Of a stretch of 64,000 nucleotides of DNA, positions 1-12,800 are shown one piece after another; the stretch's first letter is position 1; each line of letters starts with the position of its first letter. A model generated the notes under the pieces. It was not told where the DNA came from. It saw only the letters and a list, made by a program, of their open reading frames with translations, and did not search any database. Made by a program: the position numbers and the translations under genes. The DNA lies in assembly GCA_950097015.1 (NCBI GenBank), contig CATNEN010000007.1, positions 4,340,001-4,404,000 on the forward strand, in the 5' to 3' direction. This DNA comes from Macrostomum hystrix (taxonomy: Eukaryota > Animalia > Platyhelminthes).

Positions 1-524
1 GTGAGATGCGTGGTTGACGGAGTGAGGTGGGTGGTTGGAGGAGTGGATTGGGTGATTTGTGGAGTGAGGTGGGTGTTTGGTGAAATGAGGTGGGTGGTTG
101 GCGGAGTGAGGTGGGTGATTTGTGGAGTGATGCGTGGTTGACGGAGTGAGGTAGGTGGTTGGAGGAGTGGGTTGGGTGATTTGTGGAGTGAGGTGGGTGT
201 TTGGTGAAATGAGGTGGGTGGTTGGCGGAGTGAGGTGGGTGATTTGTGGAGTGATGCGTGGTTGACGGAGTGAGGTAGGTGGTTGGAGGAGTGGGTTGGG
301 TGATTTGTGGAGTGAGGTGGGTGTTTGGTGAAATGAGGTGGGTGGTTGGTGGAGTGAGATGGCTGATTTGTGGAGTGGGATGCGTGGTTGACGGAGCGAG
401 GTTGGTGGTTGGAGGAGTGAGGTGGGTGATTTGTGGAGTGAGGTGGGTGTTTGGTGGAATGAGGTGGGTGGTTGGTGGAGTGAGATGGGTGGTCGGCGGA
501 GTCAGGTGCGTCGGGTGGATGTAA
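1..524. repeat. G/T-rich degenerate minisatellite (core ggagtgaggtgggtggttgg)
   Basis: Imperfect ~21-nt units with larger duplicated blocks; the same core recurs at ~6270-6480 and ~31860-32040. Confidence 0.85.
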
Positions 525-868
525 TCGATAGTGGACTGAGGTGGGTGATGCGAGGTCAATGAAGAGTAATCTACAGTTGAGAGCTGGCAGTTCTCTTTTT
601 GAATTTTTCACGAATTCAAAGAGGAAAGAAGGCAAGCTAATAGTGGGGAAGACGCCGGAGCCCAAAAAGCAAGAAAAAGATGAGCAAAAAACTAGTTTTG
701 CAGTGCAGTCAAGTGAGCGGCAAGTCAGAGTCAATTTTTCTAATTCAATAACTCTTCAAAGAGTCAGGAATTGCAAAGCAGATTCGCACAACAAGCTAAT
801 AGCTTCGCAAAAATCGTCGGATATAATAAAGCCGCATGACATATCAGCAAAACACAATTCTGGAAATC

Positions 869-3800
869 CTAGCTGTCCGGCTGACTGGCTGCGTGGCGCT
901 CGTCCGGGGTGGCGATGGGGGAGGCGGTTCCAGCCGCCAGGCAGGAGAACACACACAGAACAGTGTAGCAAATCTGGTCCGCCTGCGGGTGGGAAGGAAT
1001 CCGAGCCCATGAACTATGATTGAAATATGCCTATAGACACAAAAACTGTGCTCGCACATTGCGCTCGATGGATGGCAATCTCTTTCTATGGGATTGCAGC
1101 TGAGAATGTCTGTGGGATTGCAGTTGAGAATGTCTGTGGGATTGCAGTTGAGAATGTCTGTGGGATTGCAGCTGAGAATGTCTGTGGGATTGCAGTTGAG
1201 AATGTCTGTGGGATTGCAGCTGAGAATGTCTGTGGGATTGCAGTTGAGAATGACTGCGGGATTGCAGTTGAGAATGTCTGTGGGATTGCAGCTGAGAATG
1301 TCTGTGGGATTGCAGTTGAGAATGTCTGTGGGATTGCAGCTGAGAATTTCTGTGGGATTGCAGCTGAAAATGTCTGTGGGATTGCAGTTGAGAATGTCTG
1401 TGGGATTGCAGTTGAGAATGTCTATGGGATTGCAGTTGAGAATGTCTGTGGGATTGCAGTTGAGAATGTCTGTGGGATTGCAGCAGAGAATGTCTGTGGG
1501 ATTGCAGCTGAGAATGTCTGTGGGATTGCAGTTGAGAATGTCTGTGGGATTGCAGTTGAGAATGTCTGTGGGATTGCAGTTGAGAATGTCTGTGGGATTG
1601 CAGTTGAGAATGTCTGTGGGATTGCAGTTGAGAATGTCTGTGGGATTGTAGCTGAGAATGACTGTGGGATTGCAGTTGAGAATGTCTGTGGGATTGCAGT
1701 TGAGAATGTCTGTGGGATTGCAGTTGAGAATGTCTGTGGGATTGCAGTTGAGAATGTCTGTGGGATTGCAGTTGAGAATGTCTGTGGGATTGCAGTTGAG
1801 AATGTCTGTGGGATTGCAGCTGAGAATGTCTGTGGGATTGCAGTTGAGAATGTCTGTGGGATTGCAGCTGAGAATGTCTGTGGGATTGCAGTTGAGAATG
1901 ACTGCGGGATTGCAGTTGAGAATGTCTGTGGGATTGCAGCTGAGAATGTCTGTGGGATTGCAGTTGAGAATGTCTGTGGGATTGCAGCTGAGAATTTCTG
2001 TGGGATTGCAGCTGAAAATGTCTGTGGGATTGCAGTTGAGAATGTCTGTGGGATTGCAGTTGAGAATGTCTATGGGATTGCAGTTGAGAATGTCTGTGGG
2101 ATTGCAGTTGAGAATGTCTGTGGGATTGCAGCAGAGAATGTCTGTGGGATTGCAGTTGAGAATGACTGCGGGATTGCAGTTGAGAATGTCTGTGGGATTG
2201 CAGCTGAGAATGTCTGTGGGATTGCAGTTGAGAATGTCTGTGGGATTGCAGCTGAGAATTTCTGTGGGATTGCAGCTGAAAATGTCTGTGGGATTGCAGT
2301 TGAGAATGTCTGTGGGATTGCAGTTGAGAATGTCTATGGGATTGCAGTTGAGAATGTCTGTGGGATTGCAGTTGAGAATGTCTGTGGGATTGCAGCAGAG
2401 AATGTCTGTGGGATTGCAGCTGAGAATGTCTGTGGGATTGCAGTTGAGAATGTCTGTGGGATTGCAGTTGAGAATGTCTGTGGGATTGCAGTTGAGAATG
2501 TCTGTGGGATTGCAGCTGAGAATGTCTGTGGGATTGTAGTTGAGAATGTCTGTGGGATTGCAGCTGAGAATGTCTGTGGGATTGCAGTTGAGAATGTCTG
2601 TGGGATTGCAGTTGAGAATGTCTGTGGGATTGCAGTTGAGAATGTCTGTGGGATTGTAGCTGAGAATGACTGTGGGATTGCAGTTGAGAATGTCTGTGGG
2701 ATTGCAGTTGAGAATGTCTGTGGGATTGCAGTTGAGAATGTCTGTGGGATTGCAGTTGAGAATGTCTGTGGGATTGCAGCTGAGAATGTCTGTGGGATTG
2801 CAGTTGAGAATGTCTGTGGGATTGCAGTTGAGAATGTCTGTGGGATTGTAGCTGAGAATGTCTGTGGGATTGCAGTTGAGAATGTCTGTGGGATTGCAGT
2901 TGAGAATGTCTGTGGGATTGCAGTTGAGAATGTCTGTGGGATTGCAGTTGAGAATGTCTGTGGGATTGTAGCTGAGAATGTCTGTGGGATTGCAGTTGAG
3001 AATGTCTGTGGGATTGCAGTTGAGAATGTCTGTGGGATTGCAGCTGAGAATGTCTGTGGGATGGCAGCTTTAAAGAAACTAGAGCTAGCTGAAGAACATG
3101 TCATTGAATTTATATAATCCTTGACTTCTGTCCATTCAGTCTTAAAATTAATAAATATATATTGTTGAGCAAAATGTTTCTAAATCTTGAAACCGAATCT
3201 AATATACTGAAAAAAAATCCTGCAAGCATTTAAATGCAGCTTAGCAAACACAAGGCGGACTATACTGTAGCAAAAAATGTTTTATTCCAGCAGTCCCTGG
3301 TTAGTCAAACTCAAAATCTCCTTTCGTACTCGATGTACTTAAACAGTAGAAAGACAGCGGGGTGTTTCAAATACCCAAATTAGTATTTTTTCTATCAACC
3401 GCCATGAAAATCCAGAATGCGGTCTGTTGTACAGTTGATAAATGCACGTACATAGTTCGTACATGGGTACATGTTCTCTGATATCGATTGGCACAGAATA
3501 TATAGTCCAATAACTGAGAGCCAACTTGGCGTGAAAGTTTCGGCTACTAACTTGGCTGACTCGCTATTATTCATTTACAACATTGGCATCGCAAGCTCAA
3601 GCGAACACCCACCCCAATAAGCCGGGGTCGGAGTAGACTGAAGTGAAGTGACTGCAAGCCTGCCAAGCCAAGCGTAAACAACAGCGCGAAACTGCAAAAG
3701 TGCAAACTGAAACATGACGGGTGACAACAACTCAGTAGAAGCGCCGCGGATCAGCGTATCGCCGCCGGATCAATTCCTGCCGCAGCCGGGACGACCGGCA

Positions 3801-6800
3801 AGGCAATCGATGTCGTCGGCGAGGCGGTGCTGTCCGTCAGCTATCGCGGCCAGCTGGTGCCGTTTTTCTGCTTCACCGTGGTACGGCAAGGCTCCGACAT
3901 CATGGGAACGGATCTGATGCAGCACCTCAGCTTCCAGGTGGTGGACAAGGACAGCGACCTCGTGCGCACAGTCGAAAAAACGGCAGAGCTACCGGTCTGG
4001 CTGGCCGAGCGCTTCAAGCCACTGACGCAGGGACTCGGGCGGATCCGAGGATTCGAGCACCGGCACAGGCTGAACCCCGCCGTGCCCCCGGTGGCGCAAT
4101 CGCTACGCCGCATCCCATTTAGCATTTTTCGAAACCAGTATGGATTCAGAGCAATGTCAGGGTCTTCAATGTCATCGGGGTCTTCGACAAGAATCGCTGA
4201 AAAACTCGACGATGCTGACTCGGACGGCTTTGTAAATTAGTTCATCGTGAAGGATGGAAAATTTAGATTCAGATGGTGGACTCAAAAAACCGGTCATTCG
4301 GTTTGGGAGCTGGCGTGAAGTAGGCAGCGGGTATTTGAAACAGCCCCGAAGTCCCCTGGGGAAACATAGCGTGATCTATTTACTGTTGAGCTAGGGCTAT
4401 TGAGAATCGGGAATGATTGAAGTCATTATAAACTAGTACCAGCTTCTGAGTGCAAAATCCTGCGAAAAATCAATTCAGTTCAATTGAGACTCAGATTATG
4501 CATAGCTAATAAATATAATTAAACTTGCAATCGGAATGTTAGTACTCGAGGCTACATAGAATCACAATTGGTTAGATTAGATTAGCCAATGAAACATCAA
4601 ACTGTGCAACAGTTAGCTAAGCCGCTAAGAGTCTGCTATGAACAGCGATGGAGACTGCGCGATGGAATTCAAATAGCAGATTGGACACCTGCAGAGGGCG
4701 GCGACAGGCGATTTTGAGATGCACAACAACTAAACCACCCAGCCAGTAGCTGAAAACTAAAATATGAACAACATCAATACTAATGTCACTGACAAACTGA
4801 TTTCACTCACTTTTTGTGAATCAAACTTCATTTGCTTGATCTGGCGAGTAGCAGGATCTGCAACAGTGAGAAATTATTTGACTGTTAGTGGAGAGGTCGC
4901 GAGTTCGATTCTCAGCCCAGAACAAGAAGCCTAAAATCCCATTGCTTGAGTTCAGCCAGTTCACCTAGGTTCTGAAACCGGCATCATCTGGGTTAGTACT
5001 TTGGGTGGGTGTCCATGGACTGAACAGCTGTACGATGCTTGCGCATAGCTGCTACTGTACATCTTACCCAATGGAGTGACATCTATCTGTAATCTACCGA
5101 GTGCTATTCAGGGAAGAATCAACGCACAACAGGCGGTTCCGCTCTAAACTCATTTTGCAAGCGATCGACTCGAAAATCGAATTAAAAAACGGCCCGCAAA
5201 GCTGGAACTGGCAGTGCGGCTCTATCAACATCAAGTGCAATGACTCGGGCGATAATCAGGTGCCACGTTAATGAGCACAGCAGTGCATTAGCCAGCAACC
5301 AGTTTAATTAATAATGCGTATCTTGTTAGCCGAAGCATTTTCACAAAACTGACAAAAATGACAAAAATACTTTTACTTTTACAAAGTAAAAAAATGACAC
5401 AATCACCGAAGAGATATTGGAATGGCAAGGCTCTGATTGGGACTAAAAGTTATGTTGGTTCAAGCTGGACAAGCCACAATTAGCAACTCGACAAAAGTTC
5501 ACCAGAAAAATGTAGCAATCCACAATTACCTGTCATCTCAATAACAAATTGGCCCTGCTGAACAAAGCAGCGCTTAATGCAGGACATCTCAATGAACGAC
5601 TGGACGGATTAGCGGAGCCGATGGGGCGGGTTGGAGATTGGCGGTAGTGAAACATTTTCGTAAATTAGTGGTACTATTAGTAGCATGAGACAACATGATG
5701 ACAATTACAATTACACCTATGATATTACACAACCCATTCACACGATTCAAATAAGGCACACAACCTTGCCACACACACTCATCATGAGCTACACCTGCGC
5801 AATCTGATATTGTATGAGAAATTACCTGTACAGGTACAAGTACTAAGCTGAATAAGTAGGGTGCGTGTGCACCGTGTGCACCGTGTGCACCGTTCGGTCT
5901 ACTCGAACATCATCCGTGAGTTGCGTACAGTAAGTTGCGCAGTCAGTACTCAAGTAAACAAAATCGGCACACTTTAAAGAATTAGTGACGATATTAAATA
6001 AACAAAAAAGAAAACAGTGACTGACGAACAAACAACAGCAACTAAATTTAGGGCTAACGGGCTAAGAGCTAATTTACCTCGGGTTCCTGCATTGATGAAG
6101 AGTGAAGTGGAATAGTCATTTATATCTTCTAAAATAACACGATCTTAAAAGATCCAGAGTGTACAAGAGAACAAAAGCATTATAAATGAAAGAAAGTACA
6201 TTGAAGAGAAGATTAAGTATAAAGGCCCACTGAACAGAGGCGGTGGAGCAATGGCTTTGAGAGTTTAGTCATTAGTGGAGTGAGGTGGGTGGTTGGCGTA
6301 GTGAGGTGGGTTGTTGGTGGAGTGAAGTGGGTGGTTGGCGGAGTGAGGTGGGTGGTTTGCGGAGTGAGGTGGGTGGTTGGCGAAGTCAGTTGGGTTGGTT
6401 TAATCGGGTGGGATGGCTGAGTGGGGTGGATGGTGGATGTGATCGATATTGGTTTGAGCTTAGTGAGGCGAGGTGGATGATGTGTGATGAGAGTTGACAG
6501 TTGCCTTTCTCTATTTTAATTTTTCAACAATTTACTTCAGGCCCAACCTGAAGAGACACTGAAAAGAGGCGGTGGCCCAGCCTGAGGAGACTGAAGAGCC
6601 TTTACAATGATATTAAAGAGACAAAATACTCTTACTTAGCGACCAAACCTCAGGGAAATATAAAAAATTTAAACTCTTCAATTTAAAAGCATGCAACGAA
6701 TATGCTACATCAAGGCTACGTTGAAAGCAGCAAGCAAAAACGACTTCCTACCTTGGTGCTGTCAAAGGCCAGGCCTATGCCCTGCATGCACACCTGTAGG

Positions 6801-9800
6801 ATGCCGTGCTCCCCGGAGGTGCTTTCCACTACCTCGTAGCGGCCGCCGAATTCGCCTGTTTGCCCTGAATGAAAAGTAAGTAGGCCTGCTTGTTTGAAGA
6901 GAGATTTAACGATGATAATCTAAGAGGGTGTCAGGACCCAGCCTGAGGATGTGGGAGGGTGTTGCAGGACCCAGCCTGAGGATGTGGGAGGGTGTTGCAA
7001 GACCCAGCCTGAGGATGTGGGAGGGTGTTGCAGGACCCAGCCTGAGGATGTGGGAGGGTGTTGCAAGACCCAGCCTGAGGATGTGGGAGGGTGTTGCAAG
7101 ACCCAGCCTGAGGATGTGGGAGGGCGTTGCAGGACCCAGCCTGAGGATGTGGGAGGGTGTTGCAAGACCCAGCCTGAGGATGTGGGAGGGTGTTGCAGGA
7201 CCCAGCCTGAGGATGTGGGAGGGCGTTGCAGGACCCAGCCTGAGGATGTGGGAGGGTGTTGCAAGACCCAGCCTGAGGATGTGGGAGGGTGTTGCAGGAC
7301 CCAGCCTGAGGATGTGGGAGGGTGTTGCAGGACCCAGCCTGAGGATGTGGGAGGGTGTTGCAGGACCCAGCCTGAGGATGTGGGAGGGTGTTGCAAGACC
7401 CAGCCTGAGGATGTGGGAGGGTGTTGCAGGTTCACCTCCAGTTTCGTTGCGGGCTGTTCTCGCAGCAGCCCTTGCCATCTGGTCGCGGATGCAGCTGTAG
7501 ACGTCACGGCAGCGCTTGCTGTAGAACACACTCTTGATAGCCGGAGTCCGGGACTGACAGTCCGCTGCACCCGCTGCACCTGCCGAGTTTGCCGCCGCCG
7601 CCGTGGCGGTCGCGTCCCGTCGCCAAAGGATGAGCACGCGGGTCTTCGGGCAGAAAGTCATGTTGACGAGCTTCTCGTACCACCAGCGGTCGACGATGGA
7701 GCCTGAGCAGGCGCGCAAGATGAGGCAATCGTCGCAGACCTCGAGAAAGCGGAGGTCGCCAGTTTTGTCCTGGCCGCAGTGCACAGCGAACGATTGCTTC
7801 TGCATGAAGCGGCTGAGCGGAGGCTTTAAGTCCACATCGTTTCCAGCCATGCCGCCCGCGTGGTCAAGCAGTGCGTTGATCTGCTGGCTGTAGTGCAGCC
7901 CGATGTGGCTCTTGCCAAGCAGGCGGCGAATTTTCTTGCGCAACTCGGCCGGATCAACCCGCATCATGACCATGAAGGCCGTGAGGTTGTACAGCATAGT
8001 GCACAGCAGGCGGTCCTCGTCTAGCTCCAGCCGCTTGCGCTCGGCTCGGCCAAGGGACTCGTACCTGCGGAGCCAAAGCAACAAGCGTTTCTACGAAACA
8101 AGCGTTTCTACGAAACAAGCGTTTCTACGAAACAAGCGTTTCTACGAAACAAGCGTTTCTACGAAACAAGCGTTTCTACGAAACAAGCGTTTCTACGAAA
8201 CAAGCGTTTCTACGAAACAAGCGTTTCTACGAAACAAGCAAAGAAAGCACTGTCACGTTTTTTAAACTAAGATATCAACCCTGTGAAGCTTCACCTTGAC
8301 ATCATCTCGTTCGGGCCCTGGTCCATTCCAACAATGTCGCGCTCAGTGGCCACAGCATCCAAGAATGCATCCTCCCAGAATTGCAGCTGATCCCAAAGCT
8401 GGCTGCGATCCTTAGAGGCCAACATCTCGAACAGGTAGGTCCGGCCGTTGTCTTCCGAGCTACCTGGCGCGACTCGAACCTGCCGGGGGGGAATATTTAG
8501 AAAATAAACTTAGCACTAGGGCTACAGAAGTTCAGTATATATAATACCATTTTTCCAGTTTAACTACGAGAAATCCTTGAAATGCGGTGACTTCAAGCAA
8601 AACGCTGGTTCTTTTAAAGTAACGCAAGCATTATCTAGGGAATGTTTAATGTTAAAATAATTGCAGAATGGCTGCGGGCAATGGCACATAACTGGGTGAC
8701 ACTGCAGTCAAGGACGAGTTGTCAATATGAAGCCTGAGACGCACCTTCATTCCGCCGGTGTAACGATAGCCAGACGAGCAGCGACTCTTGCCAGACACCG
8801 TCGTGGCAGTCGAAGCCGTCTCAGATGCCGCCGTTGACGCAGCCGATACAGCTGGAGACACCGGGCGCTGCTGCTCGGAGCCACCGCCACCTACCGGCCT
8901 GATCAGCTGGTGGTTGATGCTGGACACGCTGCCGGGACCGGCGCTGCTCGCGCTGCCGCCACCTCCGCCGCCTCCGCGAGTCTGGCCAATCATCTTCTGC
9001 ACCAGCATCTCGCGCATTGGGTCCTGGCTACCGGCGGCATTGCCGCGAACCTCGATGTTCTCATATTCCTCGCCGTTGAGCACTACTGGCGGACCTGTTT
9101 GGCGCGGGTTTGAAATCGAGAAAATCAGCAGCTGGTCCTAGGTTCGAATCTGCGGCCGACACAGAAATCAAAATGTACATTGTCGGGTGATTTTTAAACA
9201 AATATATCAGCGGAATGCGCTATCTTTCCTATTGTTCAAGTCTTAAATTGCATATCTATAGTGAATGAATATCAAATGAACTGCAAGGTTGCAGTTAGAA
9301 GATGCATTAGCGATCCTCAAACCTTGAGTTATAAAAAAGTAAAACAAAAAGCAACAACGAAAATTCTGCAAGCTTGTGACTCATGGGGTGGTTGTAATTT
9401 GGCATCGGCATTTCATTAAGTTTCAAACTAAAAACAATATGGCCTGCAAAATATAATTAATAAACAGACAACATTAACGTACGACAAGCTAGTACAAGTT
9501 GAAACGCTGGCAGCTAAGCTAAATAGACGATAAAATTACTGGCTTGTAAGAACTACAAAGCAGCAGAAGTCTAGCATGATGAAAGGTTTCTTCTGTAACA
9601 AAATTTCGATTAAAATAGATTCGGCTAGTAGTGTAAGAAAAACCTGTCAAGCATGGATAGCCAGGCAAGGGCGATGTGTTTCTCCGCTAGTTATTGTGCG
9701 GCTGGCAAGACGCTCTGAAGAATCGAAGGAGTGACCTGAAGAATCGAAGGAGTGGCCTGAAGAATCGAAGGGAGTTACCTGAAGAATCGAAGGAGTGACC

Positions 9801-12800
9801 TGAAGAATCAAAGAAGTGACCTGAAGAATCGAAGAAGTGGCCTGAAGAATCGAAGGGAGTTATCTGAAGAATCGAAGAAGTGACCTGAAGAATCGAAGAA
9901 GTGACCTGAAGAATCGAAGAAGTGACCTGAAGAATCGAAGGAGTTACCTGAAGAATCGAAGAAGTGACCTGAAGAATCGAAGAAGTGGCCTGAAGAATCG
10001 AAGAAGTGGCCTGAAGAATCGAAGAAGTGGCCTGAAGAATCGAAGGAGTTACCTGAACAATCGAAGAAGTGACCTGAAGAATCGAAGAAGTGGCCTGAAG
10101 AATCGAAGGGAGTTACCTGAATAATCGAAGGGAGTTACCTGAATAATCGAAGGGAGTTACCTGAAGAATCGAAGGGAGTTACCTGAAGAATCGAAGGGTG
10201 TTACCTGAAGAATCGAAGAAGAGGCCTGAAGAATCTCCTTATCTCTTAAGGATTGCGCCAAGTGATTGAAATAATAGGCACAACACAGGCCGGGCTAGGC
10301 TAGCAATCCATTTTGCTACTCATCGGACGCCGAGCACATTACAATGGGGTCAGCTCTAGAGCAAATGAAACGTAAACAAACCTCTGCTCTGCCTGCGGGG
10401 ACTGGCGCCCCGGCTGCCTGTGTTGCTGGCCACATCGCGGATGTCCTTAAACCACCCGGCTGGGCGAAATGAAAGCGGAGAATTTTAATTTAAACGATCC
10501 GCCAGTCAAACGGATTAGGAGGGCCTGAGCATGGAACTGGAGAGAGAACTCCCTGTCAACAAACCTATTTTCCGGACTAAGAAAAAATGCCCCTGCTTGA
10601 AAAAAATGTCTCGTTGAACCGATTTCCAACATTTTAGCAGAAATTTTTTGTTTGGCTATCTAGATGCTTAAAATGATTTATTGATTTTAATGATTAATTT
10701 AACAAGTCATCAGGTTTTTAAGCTAATCAAATTGGTTAATTGGTTTCAAATAGATTCGTTGATTTCTTGATCTAGTGATTCGCCTTTTATGGGCCTCACA
10801 AAGCCCCAAAAACTGCAACAATAATTAAAACCAAGAGTCTGCAAAAAACAAGAAATGTGCATTAAAAATTATTTTAAATACGTGCTTATCACGAAGTCAT
10901 TAATAAACAAATATTTATAGATGAAAACTGTATCGCAGCAAGAATTGAAAATTGCATCGATACCATAATTTAGCATAGAGCCAGACCGAATTTGGGAGAC
11001 AACCTCAATGACTGACCCGGGGAAGCAGGTAACTGTAACAAATCACCAGAGAGCTACCAGGGGGAGGATTCGGTTGACGGACGCAAAAGCACCGGGGCCA
11101 GGTTAATGACAGCGGAGTGCCTGGAACGGCAGGGCTGGGGATCTAACCTGGACCAAGGGATCTGGGTCTCTCTGGTCTGGCCGCAGTCTGGCCGATGGCC
11201 GACTCCCTGGCAGTCAGTCTGCGACCGCTCAGCAGGCTAAGGAGGCGCAGCAGCATCCAGGAGCTGCTGACGGAGCCGGTGGCGGCGGACGATGCGTCGT
11301 CAGTCGGCAGCAGCAGCGCCTTGGTTGTCTCGGCTGGTTGCAGGCGCGGATTTCTCGTTTATTATTTTTTTAAAAGCTTTCTCTACGAAAAGTCAGTTTC
11401 TCATTGCTAGGCAACAGAGCTGGCAGGGTTGCAGCGACAAGGAGTTAAGAATTGGGACATTGTGTATCAGCAACCAGTAGCAGCCGCTAGCTTACCGACT
11501 GTGGTCACCAGCTTGGAGGCGTCCAGGTCGGGGCCGCCAGACGACGGCGCTGTCAGGCTGTCCTCACTGCCGAATGGCGACAGGCGCTGGCGATGGAATG
11601 AGAAGGGAATAGTTCGGCTGTAGGAGAAATATCCCCTCGAAATAGGCGGTGCAGATAGTTTTTCCAGTTATAATAGAATGGAATTGGAAAAAAAGGATTT
11701 CGCCTGTGGTGACGTGGCTCTGTTTGCGGCTGGCTAAGGCAGGTGTGTTGTGAAGTCTTTACATCGCCCATCCCAGAATCGATAAGTAAATGTTGGAAAT
11801 TATTCAACATTTCGAAAAAATACAAACAAGGATGCCATTATTATAGAAATGTAATCTGAGAATTCCCAATAGAAAATTGGGCCATAGGCAATGGCACGTC
11901 ATTTGGTGACACTAGACCCCCAGCCAGCGATGAGGTGATTCTGCCCATTCCGCTGACTCCTGAGCACACACGCGCATAGATACTGTACGCAGGCACGCAC
12001 GTACAGTTGTCAGGCAGTTAACACTTTCACTGTGCCTTGGGCATAAATTGCACGACAAGCCCCCAAGCCTTCTCTCCGCGGCTGCGCCCAAAATGAAGGT
12101 GGCGTCTCCGTGGAATCGAACTCAGGGACCTTGGCGTGAAACACAAACGCATTAGACAGATTGGGCAATTACCCCAGGAAAATCCCACATTTTAGGATTC
12201 ACGATTCTCCCCAATCTGCTGACCGACCTGTTGCGACTCCGGGTTCCTGGCCAAACCGGTGCCCTCCCTCTGCCAATAGTGCGTGTGCGCCACCTCTAGC
12301 AGCATGAGGGCGGAGGCCAGGCCGCCTTTGCCGCGGCTGGCGAAGCTCTGCTCCAGGCCGGACACCATGGAGCGCAGGACGGACAGGAGACCCTTGAACA
12401 CGGCCTTGCGCAGCGGCACATCGGCCAGGTGCTGGTCGTGGCTGGTGTCGCTCAGCTTGTCGCCCAGGTTGTGGTTGAGGCGGGACAGCAGCAGGTTTCG
12501 ATAGTTCTCATTCTCCATCAGGCCGCGCAGACGGTTGGCCTTCAGAAAGCTGACACCCTGGCCTTCAAGCACGCTGGCGGCCATGTCCTTCAGGAAGGCC
12601 TGCGCGGAGCCGGTGAGCGCTCAGTCAGCTCCGCCGTCTAAGTGATTATTATCCCACTCGATACCCTCACACTCCCCTGATCCCGCCACCCTCACACTCC
12701 CCTGATCCCGCTACCCTCACACTCCCCTGATCCAGCTACCCTCACACTCCCCTGATCCCGCTACCCTCACACTCCCCTGATCCCGCTACCCTCACACTCC

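Noticed and set aside
1027-3117. 696-aa Cys-rich GIAVENVC repeat protein
   Set aside because: Translation of a 24-bp intronic minisatellite antisense to MADD; several frames are open simply because the unit lacks stops.
6906-7435. [11 protein letters not shown] repeat as the MADD C-terminus
   Set aside because: A donor at 7435 splices in phase to the conserved exon 6855-6752, so the repeat is intronic.
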